Shown here: in pieces, positions 21,854-31,713 of the stretch
Layout of the letters: each line of letters begins with the position of its first letter
Numbering within the stretch: position 1 is the first letter of the stretch
Source of the DNA: Brockia lithotrophica
GTDB lineage: Bacteria; Bacillota; Bacilli; Thermicanales; DSM-22653
Length of the DNA: 64,000 bases
Reading direction: 5' to 3'
Assembly (NCBI GenBank): GCA_003050565.1
Contig: PEBW01000003.1
Location: 87,347 to 151,346 of the forward strand
Position numbers and translations under genes: made by a program
Notes under the pieces: generated by a model
Database searches by the model: none
Told to the model about the DNA's origin: nothing
What the model saw: the letters and a program-made list of their open reading frames with translations, nothing else

Positions 21854-22714
21854 GTGAAGGAAACGGACGTGTTCTCCGCCGCCCAGGAATTCGAAGCAAC
21901 CGACGGAGGCAAAGACGCTTGGCTCGAAGAGGCGCGCCGCGCCTATATCCGAAAAGATGAAAGACGGGCGCAGGTCGTCCGCTTCCTCCAGGTGGGAATC
22001 GTCCTTGCCCTCCTTGCGGGTTGGGAACTCGGAGCGCGTTGGGGAGCACTCGACCCCCTACTCTTCAGTTCTCCCACCGCCGTCGCCCAACTCGTCGCCG
22101 ACCTCGCCGCCTCCGGCGAGCTCTGGCGTCACGTGGGAATTACCGTATACGAGACCCTCCTCGGGTTTGCCCTCGGGACGCTCGGAGGGGTCTTGGTCGC
22201 CCTCGCCCTCTGGTTCTTCCCCCTCCTCGGACGCGTCCTCGATCCGTACCTCGTCGTCCTGAACAGTCTGCCCAAGATCGCCCTCGGCCCCATCTTCATC
22301 GTCGCCTTCGGCTCGGGCCCGCGCGCGATCGTCGCCATCGCAGCCTTCGTTTCCATCTTCGTGACCATCCAGGTGCTCACGTCGGCCTTTGCCGGCGTGG
22401 ACGCGAACTTCCTCAGACTCGCCTACTCCCTCGGCGCCTCACGCCTGGACGTCTTTCGCAAAATCGTCTTCCCCGCGAGTCTCTCGACGCTCCTCGCCGC
22501 GCTCAAGGTGAACATCGGGCTCGCCTGGATCGGCGTGATCGTCGGCGAATTCCTCGTCGCCCGGCAAGGGCTCGGAGCCCTCATCGTCTACGGCTTTCAA
22601 GTGTTCAACTTCCGCTACGTGTACGCCGGGATCCTCCTCGTCGCCCTCCTCGCCACCGCGATGTACGCCCTCGCCTCCGCCGCGGAGCGCATGTGCGGAC
22701 GCGGTCCCAGGTGA
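21854..22714 (+). CDS. ABC transporter permease (NitT/TauT family)
   Basis: Six hydrophobic segments. EAA-like loop (AYSLGASRLDVFRKIVFPASL). Confidence 0.9.
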   Translation: MKETDVFSAAQEFEATDGGKDAWLEEARRAYIRKDERRAQVVRFLQVGIVLALLAGWELGARWGALDPLLFSSPTAVAQLVADLAASGELWRHVGITVYETLLGFALGTLGGVLVALALWFFPLLGRVLDPYLVVLNSLPKIALGPIFIVAFGSGPRAIVAIAAFVSIFVTIQVLTSAFAGVDANFLRLAYSLGASRLDVFRKIVFPASLSTLLAALKVNIGLAWIGVIVGEFLVARQGLGALIVYGFQVFNFRYVYAGILLVALLATAMYALASAAERMCGRGPR

Positions 22715-22778
22715 GCGGAAAAGGCGTGCGCCGCCAGAGAAGCGCCCACCCTCCTCCCCGCCCGCCTCGATCCCTTTA

Positions 22779-22853
22779 TTTACAAAATGTTAACGCAAAC
22801 ACAACAAAGATTCACGAAACAAACAAAGTCGCTTTACAGGCGATCCGTATAAT
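22779..22853 (+). promoter_or_regulatory. candidate PhoP-type direct-repeat array plus -10 box upstream of the phosphoesterase gene
   Basis: TTTACA-5-TTAACG-5-ACAACA-5-TCACGA-5-ACAAAG-4-TTTACA with ~11-bp phasing (22779-22838), then TATAAT at 22848-22853 with no good -35. Confidence 0.4.
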
Positions 22854-22895
22854 GGCTTGGGAATTCCGGATCGAAGTTCAGGGGAGGGGACGGGT

Positions 22896-24413
22896 GTGTC
22901 GCAGCTCATCTCGCGCCGCGACTTCCTGCGCGGCTCCCTCGGCCTCATCGGTGCATCGGTATTCGTGCAGGCGGTAGGCGTCCCCGAAGCGTTCGCGGCA
23001 AGCAGTACCTCCGACGCCTCCGTATCGTCGGAAAACGCCATCTACCACGAGGAACTCGTCACCGTAGGAGCAGACCGCATGGCCGTCACGTGGGTCACGG
23101 AACAACCCGGATCTACGGTGCTCTGGCTGGGAGAGCACCCCGAACGGCTCACCCGGTACACCTTCGGCGGAGCGACGCGCTACCACCTTGCCGAAGTGGA
23201 CCGGCTGCTTCCGGAAACGCGGTACTTCTACCAGGTAGAGACGGACGGAGTACGGGGACCCCTCAACACCCTTCGCACCCTCCCCGCACCGCGCGGGTCG
23301 CTCCTCTACCGCGTCGGCTTCGTCTCCGACAGCCACATCGCCACGCAAGCGGGCGAAGGCGACCCGAACCAGCTCTACCTCGGCAAGCTTCTCGAAGACG
23401 GGCCGGAGCTCCTCCGGAGTGCCCTCGACGACCTCGTGCGGAAGGGCGCGCACTACCTCGTCCACGGCGGCGACATCACGGAGTCGGGGCGTGCGGACGA
23501 GTACGCCCTCTTCCAAAGCCTCGTCGCTCCGTACGCCGCGGCACTTCCCTTTGCCGCCGTACCGGGAAACCACGACAAGTACCAGAAAAAGACCGGCGGC
23601 GTCGGCGAGGCGGGTTTTCGCGAATACGTATCCGGCGAGCTCTACCGCGCCGAGGTCCGAGGAGACGCCCTCTTCGTGTACCTGGACTCGGCCCGCACGA
23701 ATAACGACTGGGGCTACATCCCCCAGGCGGAGCTCCGCTGGCTCGATGCCACGCTCGCCGCGCACCCGGATAAAAAGGCCTTCCTCGTCCTCCACCATCC
23801 TACGAACGGGATGGACGTCTGGTTCGGCACGACGAACTTCCTCCAGTTCCAAAACGTCGTGAAGCGCTACCCCAACGTCCAGGGCGTCTTCGCCGGCCAC
23901 ATGCACCGAAACTACGTCACCGTGGGGAAGGGAGCCCGGGGAGCGCTTCCCTACATCGAGCTCCCCGCGACGGTCCAATTCCCCAACGGCTACGGCCTCG
24001 TCGACGTATACGAAGGCGGGATCGTCTACACGTCCCACAAGGTGAGCGCCCTGCACCTTTCGGAAAAGTCGCGGGAAAAGGTCCTGCGCCAGCTGAGCGA
24101 CCTGTACGTCCTCTACACCATCGGCGGCGCCGGAGACCGTGCCCTCGCCTTCGACGCGGAGCGGGGGGCGGTGGTCCGCCAGGAAGGCTTCCTTCTCACG
24201 GCGGTCGTCGAACTCCGGACGGCCCTCGGGCTCCTCCGGGACGCGATCACGCGCCGGATCTCCCTGACCGCCGCGGAGGCGAAGAACCTCGTCCGCGTCG
24301 TCTTCGGCCGCTTTGCCACGCGCGAGGAAGCCGAACGGCGCAAGGCGGAGCTCGCCCAAATCGTCCCCTTCCCCCTGAGCATACGCGAGGAAAACGCCGC
24401 GGTGCGGATTTAG
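22896..24413 (+). CDS. Tat-exported calcineurin-like metallophosphoesterase (purple-acid-phosphatase-like N-domain) with SPOR-like C-terminal tail
   Basis: SRRDFLRGSLGLIG...AFAA twin-arginine signal, then GFVSDSHI, HGGDITESG, VPGNHD, LVLHHP and GHMHRN phosphoesterase motifs. GTG 22896 lies 6 nt after GGGGAGGGG. Confidence 0.85.
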   Translation: MSQLISRRDFLRGSLGLIGASVFVQAVGVPEAFAASSTSDASVSSENAIYHEELVTVGADRMAVTWVTEQPGSTVLWLGEHPERLTRYTFGGATRYHLAEVDRLLPETRYFYQVETDGVRGPLNTLRTLPAPRGSLLYRVGFVSDSHIATQAGEGDPNQLYLGKLLEDGPELLRSALDDLVRKGAHYLVHGGDITESGRADEYALFQSLVAPYAAALPFAAVPGNHDKYQKKTGGVGEAGFREYVSGELYRAEVRGDALFVYLDSARTNNDWGYIPQAELRWLDATLAAHPDKKAFLVLHHPTNGMDVWFGTTNFLQFQNVVKRYPNVQGVFAGHMHRNYVTVGKGARGALPYIELPATVQFPNGYGLVDVYEGGIVYTSHKVSALHLSEKSREKVLRQLSDLYVLYTIGGAGDRALAFDAERGAVVRQEGFLLTAVVELRTALGLLRDAITRRISLTAAEAKNLVRVVFGRFATREEAERRKAELAQIVPFPLSIREENAAVRI

Positions 24414-24459
24414 CCGGAGCGCCTCGCCGCACGCGATCGTGCGCCCTCTGCCCGCCCGG

Positions 24460-26019
24460 CTACTCGCCGCGCTCTGCCCGGGCAAACCACTCCCGGCGCA
24501 CGGCGGCGACAAAGCTCTGCGTTCCCGCAAAGAGGACGACACCTGAACGCCCCGCTTCCTCCAGGGCGCGGTTTACGGCCGCGCCCAATTCGCGTTCTTC
24601 CTCAGCGTGGGCGTACTTCCCCCACACGGGGGAGTAGTCCGCCGGCCGCAGGTGCGGTGCGACGACGGGAACGAGGAGGAGCCTTCGGGCGACGGGCGCA
24701 AAGGTATCCGCCACGCCTTCGACGTCCTTGCCGTCGGGGAGTCCGAGGACGACGACGAGAGGGCGCGGCGGAATGCCGAACGCCTCTTCGAGGACGCGGC
24801 GCACCTCTTCCGCCGCCTGCCGGGAAATCGCACCGTCCACGAGGACGTCTGGCTCCCTCCCCAGACGTTCGAGCCTTCCGGGCCAAGGTAGGGGATCTTC
24901 GAGCCGCCTTCCCCCGGCAAGCGGAGGATCTCCGGCGAGGCGGCGCGCCGCTCGGTAAGCCAGGGCGTAATTCCGCGCCTGATGAGCCCCCAAGAGGGGA
25001 AGGACGATTTCCTCGCCCGCAAGCTCCGCCTCCTGCCGAAGCGCGGTGGCCGATCCTTCCCGAGTGGCACCGGCGTCCTCGCAGTAGCGAAAGGTCGTTG
25101 CCTCCGGGACGAGGCGGACGTCGCAGGCGGCGAAGTCGCGACCGTACAAAAAGAGGCGCGGATACACGGCGGTGCGGCGCGCTTCATCCTCTCCTGCCGC
25201 CGGAGGGAGCGGTTCGCTGGCGAATCGTTCGTGCGAGAAGTGCGCCCGCACCCAGGCGGAGCCCTGGCGTTCTTCGGCGACCCGCCCGAGGGCCCGAAGG
25301 CCCTCCACGTCCAGGGCACCCACGAAGACGTCGCGCACGTCGCGGGTTACGATCCCCCACTTCTGCCGCGCCACGTGGTCAAGGGTGGGGCCAAACGCTT
25401 CGAGGTGCTCGGGGAAGAGCGCCGTGATCACTGCCGCCTCGTGCGGCACGACGTTCACCTCGTCGTAAAGCCCGCCGCGGCCAACCTCGAGCACGGCGCG
25501 CCGGACGCCGGACGCGCGAAAGTAGAGAAAGGCGACGGCGAGGAGCGGGGCGAGGGGACCGATGTACTCCCCGGCTTCGTGGCGAACCTCGGACGCAAGC
25601 GACGCGTACACGGGCCGAACCTCGGCGGCGAAGTGCAAAAACGCCTCGTGCGGGATCGGCTCTTCCCGCAGACGGATGCGCTCGCGGACGTCGTGCAGGT
25701 GCGGACCGACAAAGAGCCCCACGGGACCGCCGTCGGGGTCGAGGCGTTCCCACAGACGGGCGAGGAGGAAGGCCGTCGTCCCCTTCCCCTTGCTCCCGGT
25801 CACCACCGCCACGCGCATCCCCGCCTCGGGGTGGCCGACGCCCGCGAGGAGGCGCGCGGCCCACTCCGGACGGCGCGCCTCTTCTACGTCCTTGGCCAAG
25901 GGTTTCCCGCGGTTGTACGACCAAAACCACCAATCGTCTCCCAACGCCATCCCTCCCGTCCATTCCGGGCATTCGCGCGACCTGAAGATATCAGGGATAG
26001 CAAGAAAAAAAGCGGGCAT
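24460..26019 (-). CDS. Mur-ligase-family protein, divergent FolC (folylpolyglutamate synthase) paralogue
   Basis: Colinear with FolC: VVTGSKGKGTT (P-loop), GPHLHDVRERIRLREEPI, LEVGRGGLYDEVNVV, PEHLEAFGPTLDHVARQKWGIV. The start is uncertain (ATG 26019, 25950 or 26079). Confidence 0.75.
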   Translation of the reverse strand: MPAFFLAIPDIFRSRECPEWTGGMALGDDWWFWSYNRGKPLAKDVEEARRPEWAARLLAGVGHPEAGMRVAVVTGSKGKGTTAFLLARLWERLDPDGGPVGLFVGPHLHDVRERIRLREEPIPHEAFLHFAAEVRPVYASLASEVRHEAGEYIGPLAPLLAVAFLYFRASGVRRAVLEVGRGGLYDEVNVVPHEAAVITALFPEHLEAFGPTLDHVARQKWGIVTRDVRDVFVGALDVEGLRALGRVAEERQGSAWVRAHFSHERFASEPLPPAAGEDEARRTAVYPRLFLYGRDFAACDVRLVPEATTFRYCEDAGATREGSATALRQEAELAGEEIVLPLLGAHQARNYALAYRAARRLAGDPPLAGGRRLEDPLPWPGRLERLGREPDVLVDGAISRQAAEEVRRVLEEAFGIPPRPLVVVLGLPDGKDVEGVADTFAPVARRLLLVPVVAPHLRPADYSPVWGKYAHAEEERELGAAVNRALEEAGRSGVVLFAGTQSFVAAVRREWFARAERGE

Positions 26020-26068
26020 CAGCTCCCGCCTGTCATTAAAAAGTATGGAGTTTACTCGCCGGTAAATC

Positions 26069-26368
26069 TCACTCGCCATTTGGTGTTTCGGGTAGGGGGT
26101 GGGCCATTGCAGGCGCGCTCAGGCTTCCCAAAGCATGGCCAAGTTTGTACCCAGCGTAGTAGTACACATCAAAAACGGCGCGTCCCAAATCAGATGTCAG
26201 CGCGAACAACAAGAAGAACAGTGCCAAGATGCCTTGAACGAGCTTGGAGGAGATTGCTCGATTCCAATCGGCAAAAATCAGGAAGGGTGGGCCGGTCGAA
26301 GGAATCCCCAAAGAATTTGTCGACCCAGACGGAACGTACGTGGGAACAAAGGTCATGGCGAGCGTCAT
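26069..26368 (-). CDS. small hydrophobic hypothetical protein
   Basis: The 99-aa frame has the same lower-GC codon usage as the adjacent formamidase gene and two hydrophobic segments (ILALFFLLFAL). No clear SD; the start could be 26368, 26377 or 26380. Confidence 0.45.
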   Translation of the reverse strand: MTLAMTFVPTYVPSGSTNSLGIPSTGPPFLIFADWNRAISSKLVQGILALFFLLFALTSDLGRAVFDVYYYAGYKLGHALGSLSAPAMAHPLPETPNGE

Positions 26369-26421
26369 CGTCGTCAACACAGAAGTGAGCCCGGACGGCC
26401 GACGAACGGGTCCTATTTGCG

Positions 26422-27729
26422 CTACGCTTGATCCCATCCGTACCGCGCTTTGATGATCGCAAGAAGGCCGGCACGTTCCAGAAGCGGCTCCGGTGCCAGG
26501 AACGTCACCGTCACGACGCCGGGATGGCGCCCGATTTCGATGGCGCCCGTGATCGTCGCCCGGTTCAGCACCTCCGGGACGCTGATGCCGAGCACCCTGG
26601 CCGCCCGCTCGAGCCCGTTTTCGGTCGCTTCGTTCAGCGTTCTTCCCGTTCCGACAAAAGAAATCGGATAGGACGTCTCCAGCGCCGGCACGCCCCATCG
26701 GGCGGCGAGGGCCTCCGCCCGGGCCCGCTCTTCCTGGGTGAACGGGCGGGCGAGATACGGCAGGTCTTCCACATTCGGAAGCAAAATCGGCCCTTCGATG
26801 TTCAGGCCTTTGAGCACTTCGACCCGCAAGGTGACGATGCCGCTTACGTCCGTCGTGTGTCCGGCAATTTCTCCGTCCCCCTGCATGGCATGCATGTCGC
26901 CGAGGTAGACGCCGCCGCCCTTGACTTTGACGGGGGCGATCACGACCGCGCCTTCCCGGACGCGGTTAATGTCCATGTGCCCGTCCGTCCGGTGCTTGAT
27001 GAGATCTTCCTCGCTGATCCGGTAATCATGCGGCGCATCCACCAAGGCCGCCCCAAAATCCCCGGCGTTGTGCGAATCGGGAAACGGAATGGACGGCGTG
27101 GTCCCGAGCTGACCGAGAAACGGACGGACGCGCGCCATCGTCCCGACCAAATCATGCGGCGCAAGCGTGACCACCGGGTTTTGGATCGACCGCTCCGGCG
27201 TTTTCATATAGAATCGGCCGTCCCGAGCGACTTTTTCGGCGGCCTCTTTGTGCAACGTGACGCCGACCCGATGGTCTTCATCGAAAACGATCGTATAACC
27301 ATGCGTGAACTTAAACGGCGCGATTTCGGCCCCGCAGTGCGCACAGCGAATCGCGTCCGGGCCGATCCCCTCAATTTTCGTATCCGGATAGAGCGTCCCG
27401 CACTCCGGGCATTTGGCGGCGACAAAGGGATCACCGATGTATCGCCCCTCGATCACCCGGTCGTTGCCCGATGCCGTGGCGATCGAGGTCACGCGAATCG
27501 ATTCGATGTAAATGGCGATCGCGTCGCCGACTTCAGCGCCTTCCACGGATACCGGCTTGGTCACTTCGTGGCCGCCCCTAAGCTTTGGGGTGAGCATGGG
27601 GCCCCAGCAGCCCGGCGTCGTGTTGGCGACGATATAGCCGCCGTTTTTTACCGGGCCGAGCATCGGTTCGTTCGGATCCAAAATGCCGTCGGTAAACACA
27701 TCGACGTAAACGGTCCCCTGTGCCGGCAT
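26422..27729 (-). CDS. acetamidase/formamidase family protein (FmdA/AmiF-type) with an inserted CxxC...CxxC zinc-ribbon
   Basis: GDAIAIYIE, HNAGDFG and YLGDMHAMQGDGEIAGHTTDVSG blocks. CPECG...CAHCG insert. ATG 27729 lies 7 nt after GGAGGG. Confidence 0.9.
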   Translation of the reverse strand: MPAQGTVYVDVFTDGILDPNEPMLGPVKNGGYIVANTTPGCWGPMLTPKLRGGHEVTKPVSVEGAEVGDAIAIYIESIRVTSIATASGNDRVIEGRYIGDPFVAAKCPECGTLYPDTKIEGIGPDAIRCAHCGAEIAPFKFTHGYTIVFDEDHRVGVTLHKEAAEKVARDGRFYMKTPERSIQNPVVTLAPHDLVGTMARVRPFLGQLGTTPSIPFPDSHNAGDFGAALVDAPHDYRISEEDLIKHRTDGHMDINRVREGAVVIAPVKVKGGGVYLGDMHAMQGDGEIAGHTTDVSGIVTLRVEVLKGLNIEGPILLPNVEDLPYLARPFTQEERARAEALAARWGVPALETSYPISFVGTGRTLNEATENGLERAARVLGISVPEVLNRATITGAIEIGRHPGVVTVTFLAPEPLLERAGLLAIIKARYGWDQA

Positions 27730-27842
27730 TTGGTGGCCCTCCTTCTGATCGACTAGCAAGCCCTTACATAAGAAAGAATATCATGGATCATTGCACGGAT
27801 CTACACCTATTCGTTTGCAGTCCTCACTATTTGTATCGCTGG

Positions 27843-27883
27843 AAAAAATCGGCTCGGGATCCGCCCTCACCTTCTCCCGAGCC
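27843..27883 (-). terminator. rho-independent terminator ending the obg transcription unit
   Basis: Minus strand reads GGCTCGGGA, 15-nt loop, TCCCGAGCC, then GATTTTTT. Confidence 0.75.
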
Positions 27884-28028
27884 ACCAGAAAGAGGGCCGA
27901 CTCACGAACGCGTGGATGCGACGTTCTCCGGAATGTGGTCAGATCACGTTCAGCTGCTGGCAACCCTCGAAAGTCGGCATTCGCGATCGACGTTCCTTCG
28001 GTCAACGCGTCGGACGCATCCTCCTTGG

Positions 28029-28745
28029 CTACGACGAAGGGAAATTCGGCCGACTGTGCCCAGCGGACGGCGCGGGTGCAAAGTAGGAATAGAGATAGAG
28101 AAGGCCTACATCGGCCGCCGCACGCGAGGGTGCAAAGGAAGCGAGACGGTAACCCGGTTTTCCCCCGTCGGCGCCTTTCGGCGCTGCGGGGGCGGTCGAG
28201 CGGAGGAGGAGTTCGCTGGCATAGACGGGGGTCCCGTCGGGCGCCTCGACGGCGTACCAGAGCCGCACGCCTTCGTACTCCGGGTCGCGGTACGTCTGAA
28301 GGGACACGCCGAAGGGGGCCCCGTCGCCGGTGAGCCCTTGTTCCGCCCAGCGGCGGAGGTCCTCTACGCGCAGGACCTGCACGAGCAGGCGGTGCCCGTT
28401 GGGGCCTTCGGCGGCGACGGTGGCGAGGACTTCGCCGTCCCCAGCCTCGCCGTGCACGCGAAACGCGCGGGGCAGTTGGACATGGCCGAATCCCCCGGGA
28501 AGTTCCACGCGCCGCCGGTTCGCGAAGTAGGTGCGGTAGACGCTTTCTTCAAAAGATTCCCCGTCCTCCCCCGAAGCGGCGGACCCCGCGTTCGGCGAGG
28601 AGGACGAAAGATGCGGGCTCCTTCCGAAAACCGCGGAAAACCGCTCCGTTTCCCACGAGCGGGTAAACAGCCACCCTCCGTAGGCTGCGAGAAGCGCGAG
28701 CAAGCCGAACACGAATCCCATACGCTTGAGTCGTTCACGCAGCAT
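28029..28745 (-). CDS. hypothetical membrane-anchored protein
   Basis: ATG 28745 after GGGGGAAGGGG. N-terminal TM segment (FVFGLLALLAAYGGWLF) followed by a soluble domain. Host-like codon usage. No recognisable motif. Confidence 0.6.
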   Translation of the reverse strand: MLRERLKRMGFVFGLLALLAAYGGWLFTRSWETERFSAVFGRSPHLSSSSPNAGSAASGEDGESFEESVYRTYFANRRRVELPGGFGHVQLPRAFRVHGEAGDGEVLATVAAEGPNGHRLLVQVLRVEDLRRWAEQGLTGDGAPFGVSLQTYRDPEYEGVRLWYAVEAPDGTPVYASELLLRSTAPAAPKGADGGKPGYRLASFAPSRAAADVGLLYLYSYFAPAPSAGHSRPNFPSS

Positions 28746-28808
28746 GCCCCTTCCCCCTCTCCCCATGCGTATGAGGACGAGGGAAAGGGAAGACCCGAAA
28801 GGACGCAC

Positions 28809-30194
<1,386 letters not shown>

Positions 30195-30815
30195 TCACCT
30201 CTTCGACCGTCCCTGCGTACTCCAGACGAGGTGGAGCGTACAGTCCCCCGAGGAAGTGCGGGTAAAGATGACGCGCCGCGGGCGCCCGGGATGGGTTTTG
30301 AGGAGGGGTTTCCCCTCCGTTTCGAGGATTTCCCGTGCCCTACGCCCGCTTTCGTTTGCGGCGCCCCGCAGGCGAAAGGCCAGGGCGAGAGCCCGGGGGG
30401 AAGGCGCGGCCGCGCGGATGGACACCTCGAGATCTCCCTCCGTACCCCACGCGGCGAGCGCTCGTTCTGCGACGCGCAGCCAGCGGCGGAAAAACTCGAT
30501 GCGCGCGGGAGTCCAGGCCGGCCGAAGATCTCCTTCTCCCACTTCGTAGCGCACGCGGATTCCGGGAATGCGGCACTCCCAATCTAAAAGAAGAAAAAAC
30601 AACCGATCGCCCAAGGAATCCTGTAAGCGCTTTTCTTGCTCGATGCGGCGGGCTAACCTCTCCACCTGCCGGCGCAGCCCTTCGCGATCGTCGAGGGCGA
30701 GGTACCCGTAGAGGAGCTGGAGCTCGTTGGCGAAGGCGTGGCGGCGCAGGCGCAGAAATTCGCCCAAGCTCGCGTAGGGATCTTTCAACGGGCTTTCCTC
30801 CTCCCACTTCCACAT
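30195..30815 (-). CDS. Spo0B-like sporulation phosphorelay phosphotransferase (candidate)
   Basis: FLRLRRHAFANELQLLYGYLAL...RVRYEV aligns by eye with B. subtilis Spo0B HSRHDWMNKLQLIKGNLSL...TLEYEV, including the phospho-His. It occupies the spo0B slot between rpmA and obg. Alternative TTG start at 30788 after GGGAGGAGG. Confidence 0.6.
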   Translation of the reverse strand: MWKWEEESPLKDPYASLGEFLRLRRHAFANELQLLYGYLALDDREGLRRQVERLARRIEQEKRLQDSLGDRLFFLLLDWECRIPGIRVRYEVGEGDLRPAWTPARIEFFRRWLRVAERALAAWGTEGDLEVSIRAAAPSPRALALAFRLRGAANESGRRAREILETEGKPLLKTHPGRPRRVIFTRTSSGDCTLHLVWSTQGRSKR

Positions 30816-30818
30816 GAA

Positions 30819-30849
30819 AAAGTCCCGACGCGACGCGCGCCGGGACTTT
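30819..30849 (-). terminator. terminator or attenuator hairpin after rpmA
   Basis: Minus strand reads AAAGTCCCG, 13-nt loop, CGGGACTTT, then TTC, directly abutting the ATG at 30815. Confidence 0.7.
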
Positions 30850-30867
30850 CCGCAATCCCTTGGAACC

Positions 30868-31176
30868 TCACTCCGCCGCCTCGAGTTCTTCTGCAGCGAC
30901 CGGGTAGACGCTCACGCGCTTCTTGTCCCTGCCAAAGCGCTCGTAGCGCACCACGCCGTCGATGCGGGCGTACAGGGTGTCGTCCTTGCCGATTCCGACG
31001 CCGGGCCCCGGGTAAATCCGCGTGCCCCGCTGGCGGACGAGGATGTTGCCCGCGAGGACAAACTGGCCGTCGTGGCGCTTCACGCCGAGGCGCTTCCCGA
31101 CGCTGTCGCGGCCGTTCTTCGTGCTCCCTCCGGCCTTCTTTTGGGCGAAAAACTGCAAGTCCATGGGGTAACGCAT
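30868..31176 (-). CDS. rpmA: 50S ribosomal protein L27 with N-terminal propeptide
   Basis: [25 protein letters not shown] is the Firmicute-type cleavable extension before the mature L27 sequence. Confidence 0.97.
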   Translation of the reverse strand: MRYPMDLQFFAQKKAGGSTKNGRDSVGKRLGVKRHDGQFVLAGNILVRQRGTRIYPGPGVGIGKDDTLYARIDGVVRYERFGRDKKRVSVYPVAAEELEAAE

Positions 31177-31301
31177 GGCCTTTCACCTCCTCCTGCAGAT
31201 CGCAAGCGGCTCTCGGGCGGGAGCCACGCTCCGAACCTAAGCCCAAGAGAACGGCAAACCCCATCTTTTTGCAGAGCCTCGATGGCCTCCTCCCACGTAT
31301 C

Positions 31302-31655
31302 CTAGGGCTTGAAAATACCGCGTGGGGCGTCGGGGTCTTCGACGCGGAGGTACTCCGGGTAGCTCTCTTCGAGCGCCTTGAGGGCGACGAGCATGCCTTC
31401 CAAGATAAGAGCCGCACGCTCCTCCACTTCCGTCGGAAGATCCCGCGGCATGCGGAATACGATGTACCCCCCTTGGCCGATCTGCGAAACCGCGTCTACG
31501 TCCAAAAGCGAGACGAGGGCGTTGGCCGCGCCGAGGGTGATCGCCGAAATCCCCGCGCAGACAATGTCCGTGCCCTTTTCCTTGTAGCCCGCGTGCCCGC
31601 TCACCTCGACTTCGGCGAGACGGCCTGCCTCGCGCCGTGCCCGCACCCGTACCAT
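31302..31655 (-). CDS. prp: ribosomal-processing cysteine protease Prp (YsxB)
   Basis: SGHAGY...DIVCAGISA catalytic His/Cys motifs. Located between rplU and rpmA. Confidence 0.9.
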   Translation of the reverse strand: MVRVRARREAGRLAEVEVSGHAGYKEKGTDIVCAGISAITLGAANALVSLLDVDAVSQIGQGGYIVFRMPRDLPTEVEERAALILEGMLVALKALEESYPEYLRVEDPDAPRGIFKP

Positions 31656-31713
31656 CCCGCACCGACGCTCCCCATCTCGTCCTCCGACCTTCCCCTCGCT
31701 CCGACACGGGCCT

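Noticed and set aside
26099-26431. 110-aa plus-strand ORF between the FolC paralogue and the formamidase gene
   Set aside because: It is Arg-rich and lies antisense to the 99-aa hydrophobic ORF. That ORF has a third-position pattern like the neighbouring amidase. Of the two I kept the minus-strand reading, with low confidence.
27781-28005. 74-aa minus-strand ORF in the AT-richer spacer upstream of the formamidase gene
   Set aside because: It runs straight through the strong terminator hairpin and T-tract at 27843-27883. Its TTG start lies 14 nt from the nearest SD-like sequence, and it has no recognisable motif. It could at most be a gene remnant.
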